The notes under the pieces are model-generated. The model ran no database searches and had not been told where the DNA came from. It saw only the letters and a list, made by a program, of their open reading frames with translations. A stretch of DNA of 64,000 bases from Vicugna vicugna (lineage: Eukaryota): contig MU057711.1 of the NCBI GenBank assembly GCA_013265495.1, forward strand, positions 496,001-560,000, in the 5' to 3' direction. The first letter of the stretch is position 1. Every line of letters begins with the position of its first letter. A program made the position numbers and the translations under genes. This document shows, piece by piece, positions 11,751-23,244 of this stretch.

Positions 11751-11901
11751 CACCACATGAAAACTTTGGGTTCTTGTTGAAGAAGGGTGTCAGATAAACC
11801 CAAGACACTCTGCTTTCATGAAAATACATTTTTGTAAAAATCTAATAATGAAGCTTGAAACGTTTAAGTTTAAAATGTTTAATTTTAAAATCTTTAAATT
11901 T

Positions 11902-13234
11902 AAAGGAGAAGCAAGATGGCGGAGTAGAAGGACGCTTGTAGCTCACCCTCTCCCACAAATACACCAACACTCACATCTACAGACTTACTCAGCCAACCAG
12001 AGCACCTGCCAAACTCCGACAACATCGTCCTCTTCAAAAGACAAAGACACCAAAAATCTGGTAGGAGAAAAGGAAAAAAGAAAGAAGAAAGAGCAAAACA
12101 GTGCAGGACCAATCCTGCAGGGAGGGAATGGCAAAGGAGGACTGGTGCTCATTCATTGGGTCTCCCCTCTCCAACGGAGAGGACAGCATGATGGAGGGGG
12201 AGCCCCCGAGGCTCAGATGTGCCCCAAGCACCACTTGACTGACAGAACTAAGTTAAACGGGCACAAAGGGTCCCCGCAACACCCATCCAGAGACACGAGC
12301 CAGCAGCTGGGGCCGGGACAGGCCGCCCAATCTGGGCAGAGGACTGTGGCGGCTGCACTGAGGTGGCCTGGGGGACTGCAGGGGGCTGTGCGCCATGGCT
12401 GGGAGGGGATATGAAGCAGAACCACCTTGGCCCCCGATAAATTGTGAAAAAAGCAAAGCAACACGGCTGTTGTGCCCTGGGGGAGGGGCGCCATAGCCTT
12501 TGTCTCCTCAGACCTGTGCCGCCAGTACTGGCGCTTCTTGCGAGAAGAGAGGCGGGGTGCAGCCACAGCCCCCATCTCCTCCTGTGCACAGTGCCTGGGC
12601 GGGGGTGGGGCTGAGCCCTGAATCGGCACCCGCAGGCTTCTCAACCTCCTAGGTAGGACTGAGACTTGTTTACAGCCTGAGGCAGATAGGATCTTTCTGC
12701 CCTGGGACCTCAGGGAGCTTGCACTGCCAAGACAAACAAGGAGCTGAGATTTGGCATGGAGCAGGGGCGGGGCTGTTCCGTGGTCTTCCCCATGCCCGCC
12801 TTCAGAGCACTGACCCCAGGCAGAGCGGGCAGCTGCACAGAGCAGTGGAGTGACTGGAGCCGGGAAAGGGTGGGCGGTCACCTGCCCTTCTGGCAGGAAT
12901 GCAACACCTGACCACGGTGCTGGGAGGGGGTGAGATCCACCCACCTGCCTCCCCACAAGCGCAGCATCTGACTGCGGCATCCGGAGGGGAAGTGACCTGC
13001 CCGCCCACTGGGTAAGAGCTCAGCTGATCCAGTGTTGGGAGCGGGTATGATCTGTTAACCAACAGCCACTGGGAGCAGCACAGACGAGGGCACCAACAGA
13101 GGGCCTCTGGAAACAGCAAGCTGAGTTTGCAAAACAGGGCGAAGACACAAAGACCTCTCAATAAAATCATTAAGAGCACACCGTCTCCAAGAGAACTAGA
13201 TAACTGATACTCCTTAAGCCAGTGCCAGAGATAT
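11902..13234 (+). promoter_or_regulatory. L1 5'UTR internal Pol II promoter (CpG-rich, YY1 site)
   Basis: CAAGATGGCGG (YY1) at 11912-11922. Many retained CpGs and GC boxes from 12250 to 13100. Confidence 0.75.
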
Positions 13235-14126
13235 ATGAACAATATGAAGAAGCAGAGGAACCACTCCCAATTAAAAGATCAAGAGAAGTTCCCTGAAAGA
13301 ACGATTAAGGAAACAGACATTGATGGCCTACTAGATCAAGATTTCAAAAAAGGAGTGATCGAAGTACTCAAGGAACTAAAAGAAATAGTGTTTAGAGATA
13401 TAAAATATGTCAAAAATGAAGTAGAAGCTATAAAGAAGAAACAAGTAGAGTTAGTAAACTCATTTGCTGAGATGAGAGCTGACCTGAAGTCTGTACAAAG
13501 CAGGCTAGTTAATGCAGAGGAACTAATAAGTGACCTAGAAGACAGGACAACAGAAAGCACCCAATCAGAACAGCTGAGAGAAAAACAAACAAAAAACAAT
13601 GAAAACAATATAAGGGACCTATGGGATAATATGAAGCGTACCAATCTACACATAATAGGGGTTCCAGAAGGGGAAGAAAGAACAAAGGGAATTGAAAAGT
13701 ATATGAAGAAATCATGGCTGAAAACTTTCCAAACCTAAAGCAATCAGATATCCAAGTACAGGAGGCTCAGAGGGTCCCAAACAGGAAGAACCCAAACAGA
13801 CCACACCAAGACATATTATAATCAAGATGGCCAGAGTCAAGGATAAAGAAATGATCCTAAAGGCAGCAAGAGAAAAACAAAGAGTGAGTTACAAGGGAAC
13901 CCCCATAAGGCTCTCAGCTGATTTCTCTACACAAACAGTACAGGCCAGAAGGGAGTGGCAAGATATATTCAAAGTCCTGAATGAAAAAACGATACAGCCT
14001 AGGATATGCTATCCAGCAAGGGTATACTTTAGAATAGGAGAGATAAAGAACTTCACAGACAAGCAAAACCTAAAGAGTTTAGCAACGCTAAACCCATGCT
14101 AAAGAAAACAGACAGGTCTACTCTAA
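13235..14126 (+). pseudogene. L1 ORF1p, full length but with about 3 frameshifts
   Basis: MNNMKKQRNHSQLKDQEKFPER, a coiled coil, NLHIIGVPEGEER and ILKAAREKQRVSYKGTPIRLSADFS. Frameshifts near 13700, 13802 and 14072; stop TAA at 14124-14126. Confidence 0.92.
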
Positions 14127-15909
14127 ATAGAAAAGCAGCAGGATGCTACAAAAATGAGAAACTCATAACTGGAAAGGAGAAAGCTGCCATGAATTACAAA
14201 AAAAATAAACACAAAATTGTAAAAGAAGACATTTAAATCACTAAGAGTGGGAGAGGGAAGCAAGAAAGCCAGTGTGGAAAACAGTATGGAGATTCCTCAA
14301 AAGACTAGGAATAGATTTACCATAGAACCCAGGAATCCCGCTCCTGGGCATATATCCAGAAGGAACCCTACTTCAAAATGACACCTGCACCCCAATGTTC
14401 ATAGAAGCACTATTTACAATAGCCAAGACATGGAAACAGCCTGAATGTCCATCAACAGATGACTGAATAAAGAAGAAGTGGTATATTTATACGATGGAAT
14501 ACTACTCAGCCACAAAAACTGACAACATAATGCGATTTGCAGCAACATGAATGTTCCTGGAGTACGTCATTCTGAGTGAAGTGAGCCAGAGAGAGAGAGA
14601 AAAATACCATGTGAGATTGCTCATATGAGGAATCTTAAAAAAAAAAAAACCAACATAAATACAAAACAGAAACAGACTCATAGACATAGCGTACAAGCTT
14701 GTGGTTGCCCAGGGGGGAGGGGGGTAAGAAGGGACAGACTGGGATTTTAAAATGCAGAGTAGATAAACAAGATCATACTGTATAGCACAGGGAAATATAT
14801 GCAGGATCTTGTGGTAGCTCACAACAAAAAAAAATGTGACAATGAATATATGTATGTTCATGTATAGCTGAAAAATTGTGCTCTACATTGGAATTTGAGA
14901 CAACATTGTAAAATGACTATTACTGAATAAAAAATGTTTAAAAATCTTTAAATTTGAAATGTAATAAATGTAATTCTTCCCTCGCCTTTTGTTTAATGAT
15001 TTGGAGATAAAATTTTCTAGATAAGAAACAGAATGGAACCAACATTTGATCTCTTCGTGGAACATTATATATTATGCATGGATTTTTCTCAGTTAATCCC
15101 AGCAAGGACCCTAAAAATAAGCATAAGCATTATTATCCCCATGTTACTGTTATGGTTACGAAGGTGCTTTTGGCCCTCAAATAGCTTGAGTTCTATAGAT
15201 GCCTGAGTCTTGCCCTCAGTGGAACAGTTGTCATAAACCAGCCGGGAAGCCGTTTGTGCCATCCATTTAGAAGGGATATCACGTCAAGGCTATTTCTCTG
15301 GGAGCCTTCTAATGTCAGCCCTAAATATGGATGTCAAAACACATTACCCTCTGGGGAGGCTGCAGCCATCCCAAGATTGCATGTTTAAATGACTAAAACA
15401 GAAAAATACAGCTCTTGGATTTATGACAGAAAGTCAGAAGTTTTCATCTCGGGCAGAGCCATAAATCAGGTGACCTGCGGGGGCAGAGGGGGCGGCCAGC
15501 GCTCCCCGGGGTCCCCTGAGAACCCTGCAGGTAGCGGTGGGCCAGCCTGCAGCTGGGAAGCTGTCCCAATTGTCAGGTCCCTGTCTTGTCGTTTGTCAAG
15601 TGAACGGGCGATGTCACAGTAGATTATGCTGGTGTCAAAGAGAACATCCCGGCTGAAAATACATCTGAGATTGAAAAATAGTCCTCCTCAAAAACTGCAG
15701 TGGTTTTGAGGAACAAATGTTCTGGAGAGGATCAGTAAGCAGGTGTGGATGTAAATTTTCCTCCACTAATGACACAGGGGCAGGTGGCTTTCAATGGTCA
15801 TGAGACAGGGCTTCTGGAAAGACACCCCTTCACTCTGCACTAGCAGAGCCGTCTGGAACCCCTGTAGTGAGCGAGCGAGAGAGTAGGCCAAGGGCAAAAC
15901 ATCCGAATT

Positions 15910-16398
15910 AGAGGTGGGAAACCAGTTGCCCTGGATCAAACGTGGCCCCTGGATGTGTTTCTTTGGTCAGCTAGCTTAGTGTTAAATTATATATATAATT
16001 ATGAACTGAAAAGAAATTATAAATAAAAATCCAAATTTTTATAGCACAGGGAACTATATTCAATATCTTGTAAGTTATGGTGAAAAAATAGGAAAATGAA
16101 GATACATATGTACCTTTATGACTGACGCGTTGTGCTGTACACCAGAAATTGACACAACATTGTAAACTGACTGTACTTCAATAAAAATATATTAAATATA
16201 AAAAATCCAGATTTGGGGCTTTTCTGGAAAGACTGGAAGATCTGGAAATTTTGACCTCATTTTCCAATATGGGGAGTTGGTGGAGCTGAGCAGCTGCCTC
16301 AGTTTAGATGGAGAATGAACCTCTCTAGTCGCTTCCATTCTCCACCTGTTTATTTAGATGACCTGCCTGACCCTCTTGGCAGTCAGTTTACAGCCCTG
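15910..16398 (+). mobile_element. hAT-Charlie DNA transposon relic (MER102-like), interrupted by an L1 tail
   Basis: AAAATCCAGATTT..GGAAGATCTGG..GGAGCTGAGCAGCTGCC..ACCTGCCTGACCCT. Family name is from recollection and strand is tentative. Confidence 0.65.
16039..16200 (+). mobile_element. L1 3'-terminal fragment (~160 bp)
   Basis: ATAGCACAGGGAAC..CACCAGAAATTGACACAACATTGTAAACTGACTGTACTTCAATAAAA. TSD AAAAATCCARATTT at 16025-16038 and 16201-16214. Confidence 0.85.
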
Positions 16399-17134
16399 AT
16401 TCATGTGAGGTCCCGATCTCAAGTTCTTTCACGGAGCCCCCGAGCACCCCTTCCTTTTGCAGTTTCTTCCTCCCCACACCCAAGACCGCCAAGGCAAACC
16501 CCGGAGGGTCAGCTTTGCATCTGGATAGAAGATGCTCTCCTCCCTCCCCACCGCCCCTGTGGCTTTACAAATAAAAATAAAAATTTTTAAAGGGTCCTTA
16601 TGAGTCCGATGAGAGATTTCCCATTTTTTTTTTCCCTTTGTAGCTGGTCCTAAATGAGAAGGAACAGTTTCAAGTGTTAAAGAAAGGCCATTTCACATGT
16701 ATTTTGAAGCTGCAGATGTGGGAGAAGATTCCCCTACCTCCTCCCCCAGTTCTCTCTGCCTATTTTGTTCTTCTAATAGCAAGAAAGGGTAGCATTTTAA
16801 TAATATCTCCCCGGAATGACTTTATTCACGCATGAATTATTTCTCATTTACAAAGGTTTGGGAGATGCTTTTTTTCCCCTTCTTTTTTTGCTGTGGAAAA
16901 TGATGGCTGTTTTCATTGCTAGGCACATTACTGTCAGAGCTCATGAAGCTGATGATCAGGTCTGTTTTCCCACGGAGTCCCCCTCCAGCAGCCAGCCTGG
17001 TTTGTGGCGTCCCCGAAATAGCGGCTCTTGTCAAGGCGTGTGTGGGAATGTCACAGTCACGGTGGCTAATGGCAGGTGGTTATACTGCAGGCACAGAGTA
17101 GAGGCAGATGAAAGGCTGTGCAGGGCCGGCTCTC

Positions 17135-17470
17135 CCTCTCATCTGATCCTCACAAAAGCCTTTTATGAGGAAGTATTATCATCATTTTTACAGATGAAGA
17201 AACGGAAGCTCAGAGAAGTTAAGCCACTTTCTCAAGGTCACTCAGCCAAATAAATGGCTGACCTGGTATTTCTTTTTTCTTTTTTTTCTTTTTTTTGGTC
17301 TTTTTTCTTGGGGAGGGGGGTGGGGAATTAGGTTTATTTATTTGTTTACCTTTAGAGGAGGTACTGGGGATTGAACCCAGGACCTTGTACATGCTAAGCA
17401 TGTGCTCTACCACTTGGCTTATACCCGCCCCTGTCCGACTTGGTATTGCAGTCTGGCTCTGCCAAGTCCC
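17135..17470 (-). mobile_element. MIR SINE interrupted by a camelid SINE
   Basis: ATTTTACAGATGAAGAAACGGAAGCTCAGAGAAGTTAAGCCACTTTCTCAAGGTCAC; resumes after 17447. Confidence 0.75.
17271..17431 (-). mobile_element. tRNA-Ala-derived camelid SINE (Vic-1 type)
   Basis: Reverse strand has GTGGTAGAGCACATGCTTAGCATGTACAAGGTCCTGGGTTCAATCCCCAGTACCTCC (A/B boxes) and an A-rich tail. Degenerate 16-bp TSD at 17255-17270 and 17432-17447. Confidence 0.9.
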
Positions 17471-17769
17471 AACAATTTCACCACCAGACTGGGCTGCCAT
17501 TCCTGCGTTCTTCTGGAGGGATTTCATCCAGGAGTGTGGTTCACCATAATGGGTGCGGCACGGTCTCTGAGGTGTGTGGGCCCAAGACGGTGCCAGGGCT
17601 AAGCCAGCAGTGATGTTTCAGGAGCCACGCCCACCCTTGCAGGTGTCGATGGGTTTGCCCTGCTGTGGCACTTGCAGCCAGCCTGGCACCTCCTGAACTT
17701 CCCCTGCTCTAAACCTTACAACACCTCTTTGAGGTGGGTATTGTTCGCGTCTACTTTAACAAATGCAAA

Positions 17770-17958
17770 AATTACTACCACTCTGTTGCGCACCAGCTCT
17801 CTAGCAGGTATTCATCTTCCAGTTCAAAGTCCGTGTCCTATAATAAGAGCTCCCTATCCCCTGACCCCCCAGCCCCTAGTAACCACCACACTCTCTGTTC
17901 CCATGAGCTTGGCTTTTTCAGATTCCACATAAAAGTGAAATCATACAGTATTTGTCTT
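17770..17958 (-). mobile_element. Old L1 3'UTR fragment inside a MIR (flanks ~17690-17760 and 17985-18090)
   Basis: CCCCAGCCCCTAGTAACCACC..TTCAGATTCCACATAAAAGTGAAATCATACAGTATTTGTC. Confidence 0.7.
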
Positions 17959-18394
17959 AATTAAAATAATCATTAAAATAATTATTTTTAAAAAATGGAA
18001 AAACTGAGGCTTGCAGAGTTTTTGTGACTTGCCAAGGATTGAATAGCTTAGAAAGGGAATTTGAACTCAGGCCTGTCTGGCTCCAAGAGCCAATTTGTTT
18101 TCTCTTTACTGAGACCTTCTGGGGGTAAATGTCCCGAAGTGAGGCACTCATGTCACTGGGGGTACATGAAACCATTTCAGGAACTCACGGATGAAGACTT
18201 CTTATTTTAAAGGTGTGCACTTGTTCTGATCTGTGCTAGAAAAAAAGTTTTTTAAGAACAAATCAAACCTACAGTTTAATAACTACTATTGCTTAAGCCA
18301 AGGCAAAAATTTACTTAAGTAAAATAAGTGAGTTGATTAAAAAAAATTATGTAGGTAACAGGAAATCTTGGAAACACAGAGTAAGCACCCCATG

Positions 18395-18533
18395 ACATTA
18401 AAGAATGGGAAAATGAAAACAAATATATGTATGTATATTATGATGCTGTACACCAGAAATTGACACATTATAACTGACTATACTTCAATTTTAAAAAGGC
18501 TATTTTTCGTTGCAAACAAAAAAAAAAAAAAAA
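18395..18533 (+). mobile_element. L1 3'-terminal fragment with poly(A)
   Basis: GCTGTACACCAGAAATTGACACATTATAACTGACTATACTTCAAT followed by an A-run. Confidence 0.7.
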
Positions 18534-18699
18534 GTATTAAGAATATAATATTCATTAAAGGATAGGTGTAACAGCCACTATTCTGTGTTCTGAAGGACAT
18601 ATATGTACATAACTGTGATGATCTTAATAAAATTACTTAAAATGGAAAAAAATGGGATTTCATGTACGAGGACCTACAAAGTGAGGTCATAGAGGAGCA

Positions 18700-19207
18700 G
18701 CTTGGGGATGTCTCCCAGCCCACTGTGTCACTGCCCACTCTCTGATAACTGTCCCCTCCCAGCCCCAAACATCTTACAGTGAGAGAAGCCATGTCCATAT
18801 AGGATGGCCACAACCCCAGGCCACAGTTGGTGGCTGGTCCACCATGGCCAATGCTGGCTAAGCCAGTCAGCTGCTTCCCAATAAACAGAGGCTGGAACTA
18901 AGAGATGGCAGGCTTAGTTGGCTCACTCTGTTGACAGGAGGCCAAATGAATTCAGGAGCTGTTGGTGACCACCATTTTGCCTTGTGGACAGCAAAGAAGG
19001 GTTGGCTACTCTGTTGGGTGAAAAAAGAATGAAGTAGGCATACTGAGAGAAGCAGTGATTAGGTGGAGAGAGAGGAGGCCCCCTATCTTCCTACACGGCT
19101 CCAGTCCCTGGCTCTGTGCTGCTTCAAAACCCAGTGGGTCCCCTAGGACACTGTATTCTTGCCAATGCTAGCTCAGCTTTTGCAACCAGAGGAGTGTAAC
19201 CTACACA
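18700..19207 (+). mobile_element. MLT1-type LTR
   Basis: GGAGCTGTTGGTGACCACCATTTTGCC..GAATGAAG..GAGAGAAGCAG..TTTGCAACCAGAGGAGTGTAACCTACACA. Confidence 0.55.
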
Positions 19208-19550
19208 AGGCTACTCCAAGAGAGGTGTGACTGCTAAACACTGACCTTTGTCAGTGCCCATTCCTCACCTTCATGCCCTCCCTGGAGGCCGTTTTAATGG
19301 TCTACTCTCAGAAGAGGTAGCAGGGCGCATGCTCCATGGCTCAGCACTGGCCCTCTGAGACGAGACAGGTCTGTTCTGCTTCTCAGTGTGGCAATCAGGG
19401 CCACTCGGCACAGCCCGGTCTGGAGGCCTGGCGATCTCCATGTGCACCTGCCATGCAGTCGCAGGCGGTGGAGGTCTCTGCCCCTTTGGGTGTGAGGAGG
19501 GCAGCCTCTAATGAGAGGAGGCAGGTCATTAAACTGCTCACAACAGCATT

Positions 19551-19575
19551 TGTGTGTGTGTGTGTGTGTGTGTGT
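19551..19575 (+). repeat. (TG)n microsatellite
   Basis: About 12 TG units. Confidence 0.95.
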
Positions 19576-20521
19576 AGAAAATGGTTCTGCAATGGAGCCC
19601 CGGATTGCTTGGGCTGGCTCTCCCTGGTCCTCTTCCTCGGGAAGGCATTTCTAGGAGATGTGCAGGATACACCGCAGAGAGCCTGGAGCCCAGTATTGAA
19701 GTATTTCTGCAGCTCCGACTCTCTGTTGCCTAAAGATGCTGTGCATCATCCTGCTGGGCCTTCAGCTGGTCAACCTCAGTGATCCAATTCCATCCCCAGC
19801 TCTTTTCACATAAATCCTCTTGTCTGGTCCAGCTGACTTTGTGAGTGTTCCCTATAGTTGACACACCACTGGAGTTCCTGGGCCTCCTTCTCAGAAGCAT
19901 CTCCCACCTCATGGGAGCAGATCCCTGCAGCCCTGGGCGCCACCTTTCCCGCACCGCAGCTGACTGGGTCTGGAATGGACCTAGGGTGTGTCTCACAGAG
20001 GCGCTGGTCAGTTGTAGAGCTAGCCTGGAAGGCCTTATGGGCTTGGGGGCTGTGAGGTGCCTGGGGGGCGTGCAGGCTGGACCATGTGCAGGAGAATAAG
20101 TGAAGCTGGTCCAAGAGGAGCCGGGCACGGAGAGAACGACAGAGAAAAGAGGCCACTGGTGTGACATCCTGCCAGCACTGCAGGTCCTCATTCCTGTTCG
20201 TCTGGACAACCAGGCATGTTTCTTTAACTTGGATATCCAGAAATCGTTATACAGTGTCTGCTTTCTGATTAAGTTGCCACTTATATGTACTAAATTGCTC
20301 CCATCTTGAGTGGGTTGCTGCTTCTGGATACCAAGTGGTGTGTGACGAGCCATTCCCCGCGTGATGACAATCTCACTGTCCCCCATTTGTTTACACCGCC
20401 TCTGCTTCAGTAGTGTCCTCCTCGCTGCTCTCTGCTTCCTCGAGCCCTCCCCATCCTCCATGAAGCCCTCCCTGCTTGCCCCACTGCCCCAGCCCAGAGA
20501 GGGCTCCCTGTGCTTTGAGCC

Positions 20522-20895
20522 TATATCAGTCAGTCTGGGCTCTATAATGGAAACACCATGAAGTATTCGACTTAAACAACAGAAGGGTGTTCTGCACAGT
20601 TCTGAAGCCTGGGAAGTCCGAGGTCAAGGTGCTGGCAAGCTGGTTTCTGGTTGAGCACTCTCCTCCTGATTTGCAGATGGCTGCCTTCATGCTGTGACCT
20701 CACTTGGCAGAGAGGGGTCATCTCTCTCCTGTCTCTTCTTATAAGGGCACTAATTCTATTCATGGGGGCTCCACCCTCATGACCTAATTACCTCCCAAAG
20801 GCCCCACCTCCAAATACCATCACACTAGGGATAAGGTTTTAATATATGAATTGGGTGGGGCGGGGGTAGGGGACACAAACATTCAGTGTACAGCA
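20522..20895 (-). mobile_element. MaLR LTR (MLT1A-like), complete
   Basis: TCTCTTCTTATAAGGGCACTAAT..CATGACCTAATTACCTCCCAAAGGCCCCACCTCCAAATACCATCAC. 5-bp TSD GAGCC at 20517-20521 and 20896-20900. Confidence 0.9.
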
Positions 20896-20954
20896 GAGCC
20901 TAAGGACTTGACTGCACTGAAGCAGCCCTCATAACCGTCTTGACACAAGCCTCC

Positions 20955-21210
20955 TCTCTGGGCCAGGCCTGCACTGGGCACTGGGGACACAAAGACACAG
21001 AGACACAGCCTTCCCTCTAGGTGGTCACAGCAGAGGAGACAGACCTGTAAAAAATCAACCATAATGCCATGTGACAAGTGCTAACACGAGCCTTTCCTTC
21101 TGCTGGGGGAGGCTCAGGGTCCTCCAGGAAAGTTGGAAAACAAGGTGACACTGGAATTGAAAGTTGCATGAAGTTTTGCCAGGTACACGAGGGGCACAGG
21201 GCCTTCCACA
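20955..21210 (-). mobile_element. L2 fragment
   Basis: GCCAGGCCTGCACTGGGCACTGGGGACACAAAG..GACAAGTGCTA. Confidence 0.6.
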
Positions 21211-21219
21211 CTCTCAATG

Positions 21220-21668
21220 TGTCATTAAGAGAAAGTTACGCTGACACTTGTTAAAACGTTACCGTTTTAACTTTACTCAAGACTGCTGCAGTAGGAGCAT
21301 TGCAGTGGGGAGAGGGGTCAGGCCCAACTCTGCTTACGGCAAGGTCAAGTGGGGACTTACAGCCAAGGAGAAGGGTGAGGGGGTCAGTGGATGGAAACTG
21401 GCTAAGAGGAGACAGCAAGTGTAGGGAGACTCTTGCCCAACGGATCTAACAAAATTCCTGATAAAAGGAGGCCAAGGACTTAGACATCAAGGGTGGGAGG
21501 GTGAAGAATTTGATCAGATAGCAAGGGAAGAGAGGTGCCTTAGCTGAACTCTCTGCTTAGGCTGGTCTGGGAAGGCCAAAGACAGGATGAGGGCCCAGGT
21601 CGGACCTCGAGGAAAAGAGGGCTCACAAGAGCCTGTCTAAAGTCTGGTCAAGGAGAGAGTCTTAGTCA
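21220..21668 (-). mobile_element. ERV1 LTR (MER31-like)
   Basis: Reverse strand begins TGACTAAGACTCTCTCCTTGACCAGACTTTAGACAGGCTC, matching my recollection of the MER31 5' end. Confidence 0.7.
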
Positions 21669-21900
21669 CAATCCAGGTCCTGCCACATTATAGGACTATG
21701 ACGTGTGAGATACATTTCTCTTCTGACCTGCTCCCATCCCTGGCCTGGGTGAAGGAGCTGTCCGCTCTCTGATTCGGGAGCATGTCTCTTCTCTTCACTC
21801 CCATCTGCACCCCGTAACCTCAGCTTCACCCTCTTCCTTGTCTCAACTACTTCAATTTCCAGTTTCCTTTCAGAGACCTAGGAATCTCAGCATCTGGAAA

Positions 21901-21901
<1 letters not shown>

Positions 21902-21931
<30 letters not shown>
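21902..21931 (+). repeat. (CA)n microsatellite
   Basis: About 15 CA units. Confidence 0.95.
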
Positions 21932-21933
<2 letters not shown>

Positions 21934-22554
21934 GGAAATGAAACCACCTTGGAAGGATATTGAGACATAGAAAAGGAAGGGGGAAAATCCCTGTTTCTTA
22001 CAGATTTATAAAGGAGCCAGGAATGGAAGCTAACAGGAAGGGAGGCAGTAGACAAAGGCTGGTAAGTAAAGAAACCCACATGTAGGAATGGCCCCGCTTT
22101 GGATGAAGGTGCCAAGGCAAAGCCGGGCTTCTCTCATGTTGCGGAAGAGAGAAATCAGGCCTGTTTCTTTCCAAGAGGCAGTATAGACTCGGCTCCATTC
22201 CTAGCTCAGCCATCTCCATGGCCCCTCAGTGCTTTGCACAGACTAGTGACTCAGTAAGCATGTGTCGTAGCAAATGAAATGTAATTAGAAGCCAGTGCTT
22301 AGTTACTCTAGTCACAAATGATACCGTGATTTAGTGTCAGGACCCAAAGTAAATTGAATGATGGACCAAAAATATATTGTAAGTGTTAAAAGGAATTCAG
22401 AACAGCCTGCTTTTCTTTTCAAATATCTTCTCTTCCATCCTTTTTTCTTGACAAGAGTTTTGAAATAATGAGAGCTAGTAGGTGATACATGAGTGCCCTT
22501 TATTTCTTACAGCTCTGAAAAATGTAAGGTGCTTGGCTGAAGAATTCCGTCTTT

Positions 22555-22672
22555 ATTGTCACCTGCCCGTGGTGGCTATGTGAATTGGTACAGCCTTCAG
22601 GGAGGAGATTTCAGAGTATCTGTCAAAGTCCTAAGAGCACCTTCCCTTGCATCCAGCAACCCTAATTCTAAG
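22555..22672 (+). mobile_element. Ancient L1 (L1M/ME) ORF2 3' fragment
   Basis: GTGAATTGGTACAGCCTT..TCCAGCAACCCTAATTCTAAG. Confidence 0.55.
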
Positions 22673-22677
22673 CGCTC

Positions 22678-23150
22678 TGTTCTGGTTATCTATTGCTGCG
22701 TACAGAGCCACCCCAGAACTTAGTGGCTGAAAGCAACCATTTACTATCATTGCTCACACTTCTGCAAGGTGACCAGGAGAGCCTCACTTGAAGTTTCTCG
22801 TGTGGCTGCAGTCAGACGGAGGCCGGGTCTGCGGTCATCAGGAGACTCACCTGGGCTAGACATCCAGGGTGGTGCGCTCTTGTGGCTGGGCGTGGCGCTG
22901 GCTGGCAGGTGAGAGCTCCTGGGGCTGTTGGCTAGGTTACTTCTCATGGCCTCTTCATGGGAATTGGCTTTTCATAGCCTAGGGGCTGGATCTCAAGAGG
23001 AAATGTGTCATGTGTTCCAAAAGGCAAAACATGGAAGATTCCAGGACAGTTAAGGGCAATGCCCAGAACTGGCCCAGTGCCACTTCTGCCAGATGCTACT
23101 GGTCACAGCAGTTACTGAGTCCACCCTCTCGCCAAGGGCCAGTATGTCCC
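22678..23150 (-). mobile_element. MLT1-type LTR
   Basis: GTTATCTATTGCTGCGTACAGAGCCACCCCAGAACTTAGTGGCTGAAAGCAACC. Confidence 0.75.
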
Positions 23151-23244
23151 CCACCCCCAATATGTTCTTTGAAATATTTTCCCATGATTCTCTTTCTTGT
23201 TTTAAAAATTTCAGAACTCTTTTACATACTAAGTTTTTTTCATT

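Larger units (their letters stand above)
11902..14940 (+). mobile_element. Internally deleted young L1: full 5'UTR, ORF1, ORF2 C-terminal remnant and 3'UTR
   Basis: 5' end GGAGAAGCAAGATGGCGGAGTAG. 15-bp TSD AAAATCTTTAAATTT at 11887-11901 and 14941-14955, at a TTTT/AAAA site. Sequence jumps from the inter-ORF region to the ORF2 end at ~14267. Confidence 0.95.

Noticed and set aside
11818..12414. 198-aa ORF running into the L1
   Set aside because: It spans an AT tandem array and the L1 5'UTR; a chance fusion with no homology.
19730..20461. 243-aa minus-strand ORF
   Set aside because: No recognisable domain or splice structure; consistent with a chance ORF in GC-richer DNA.
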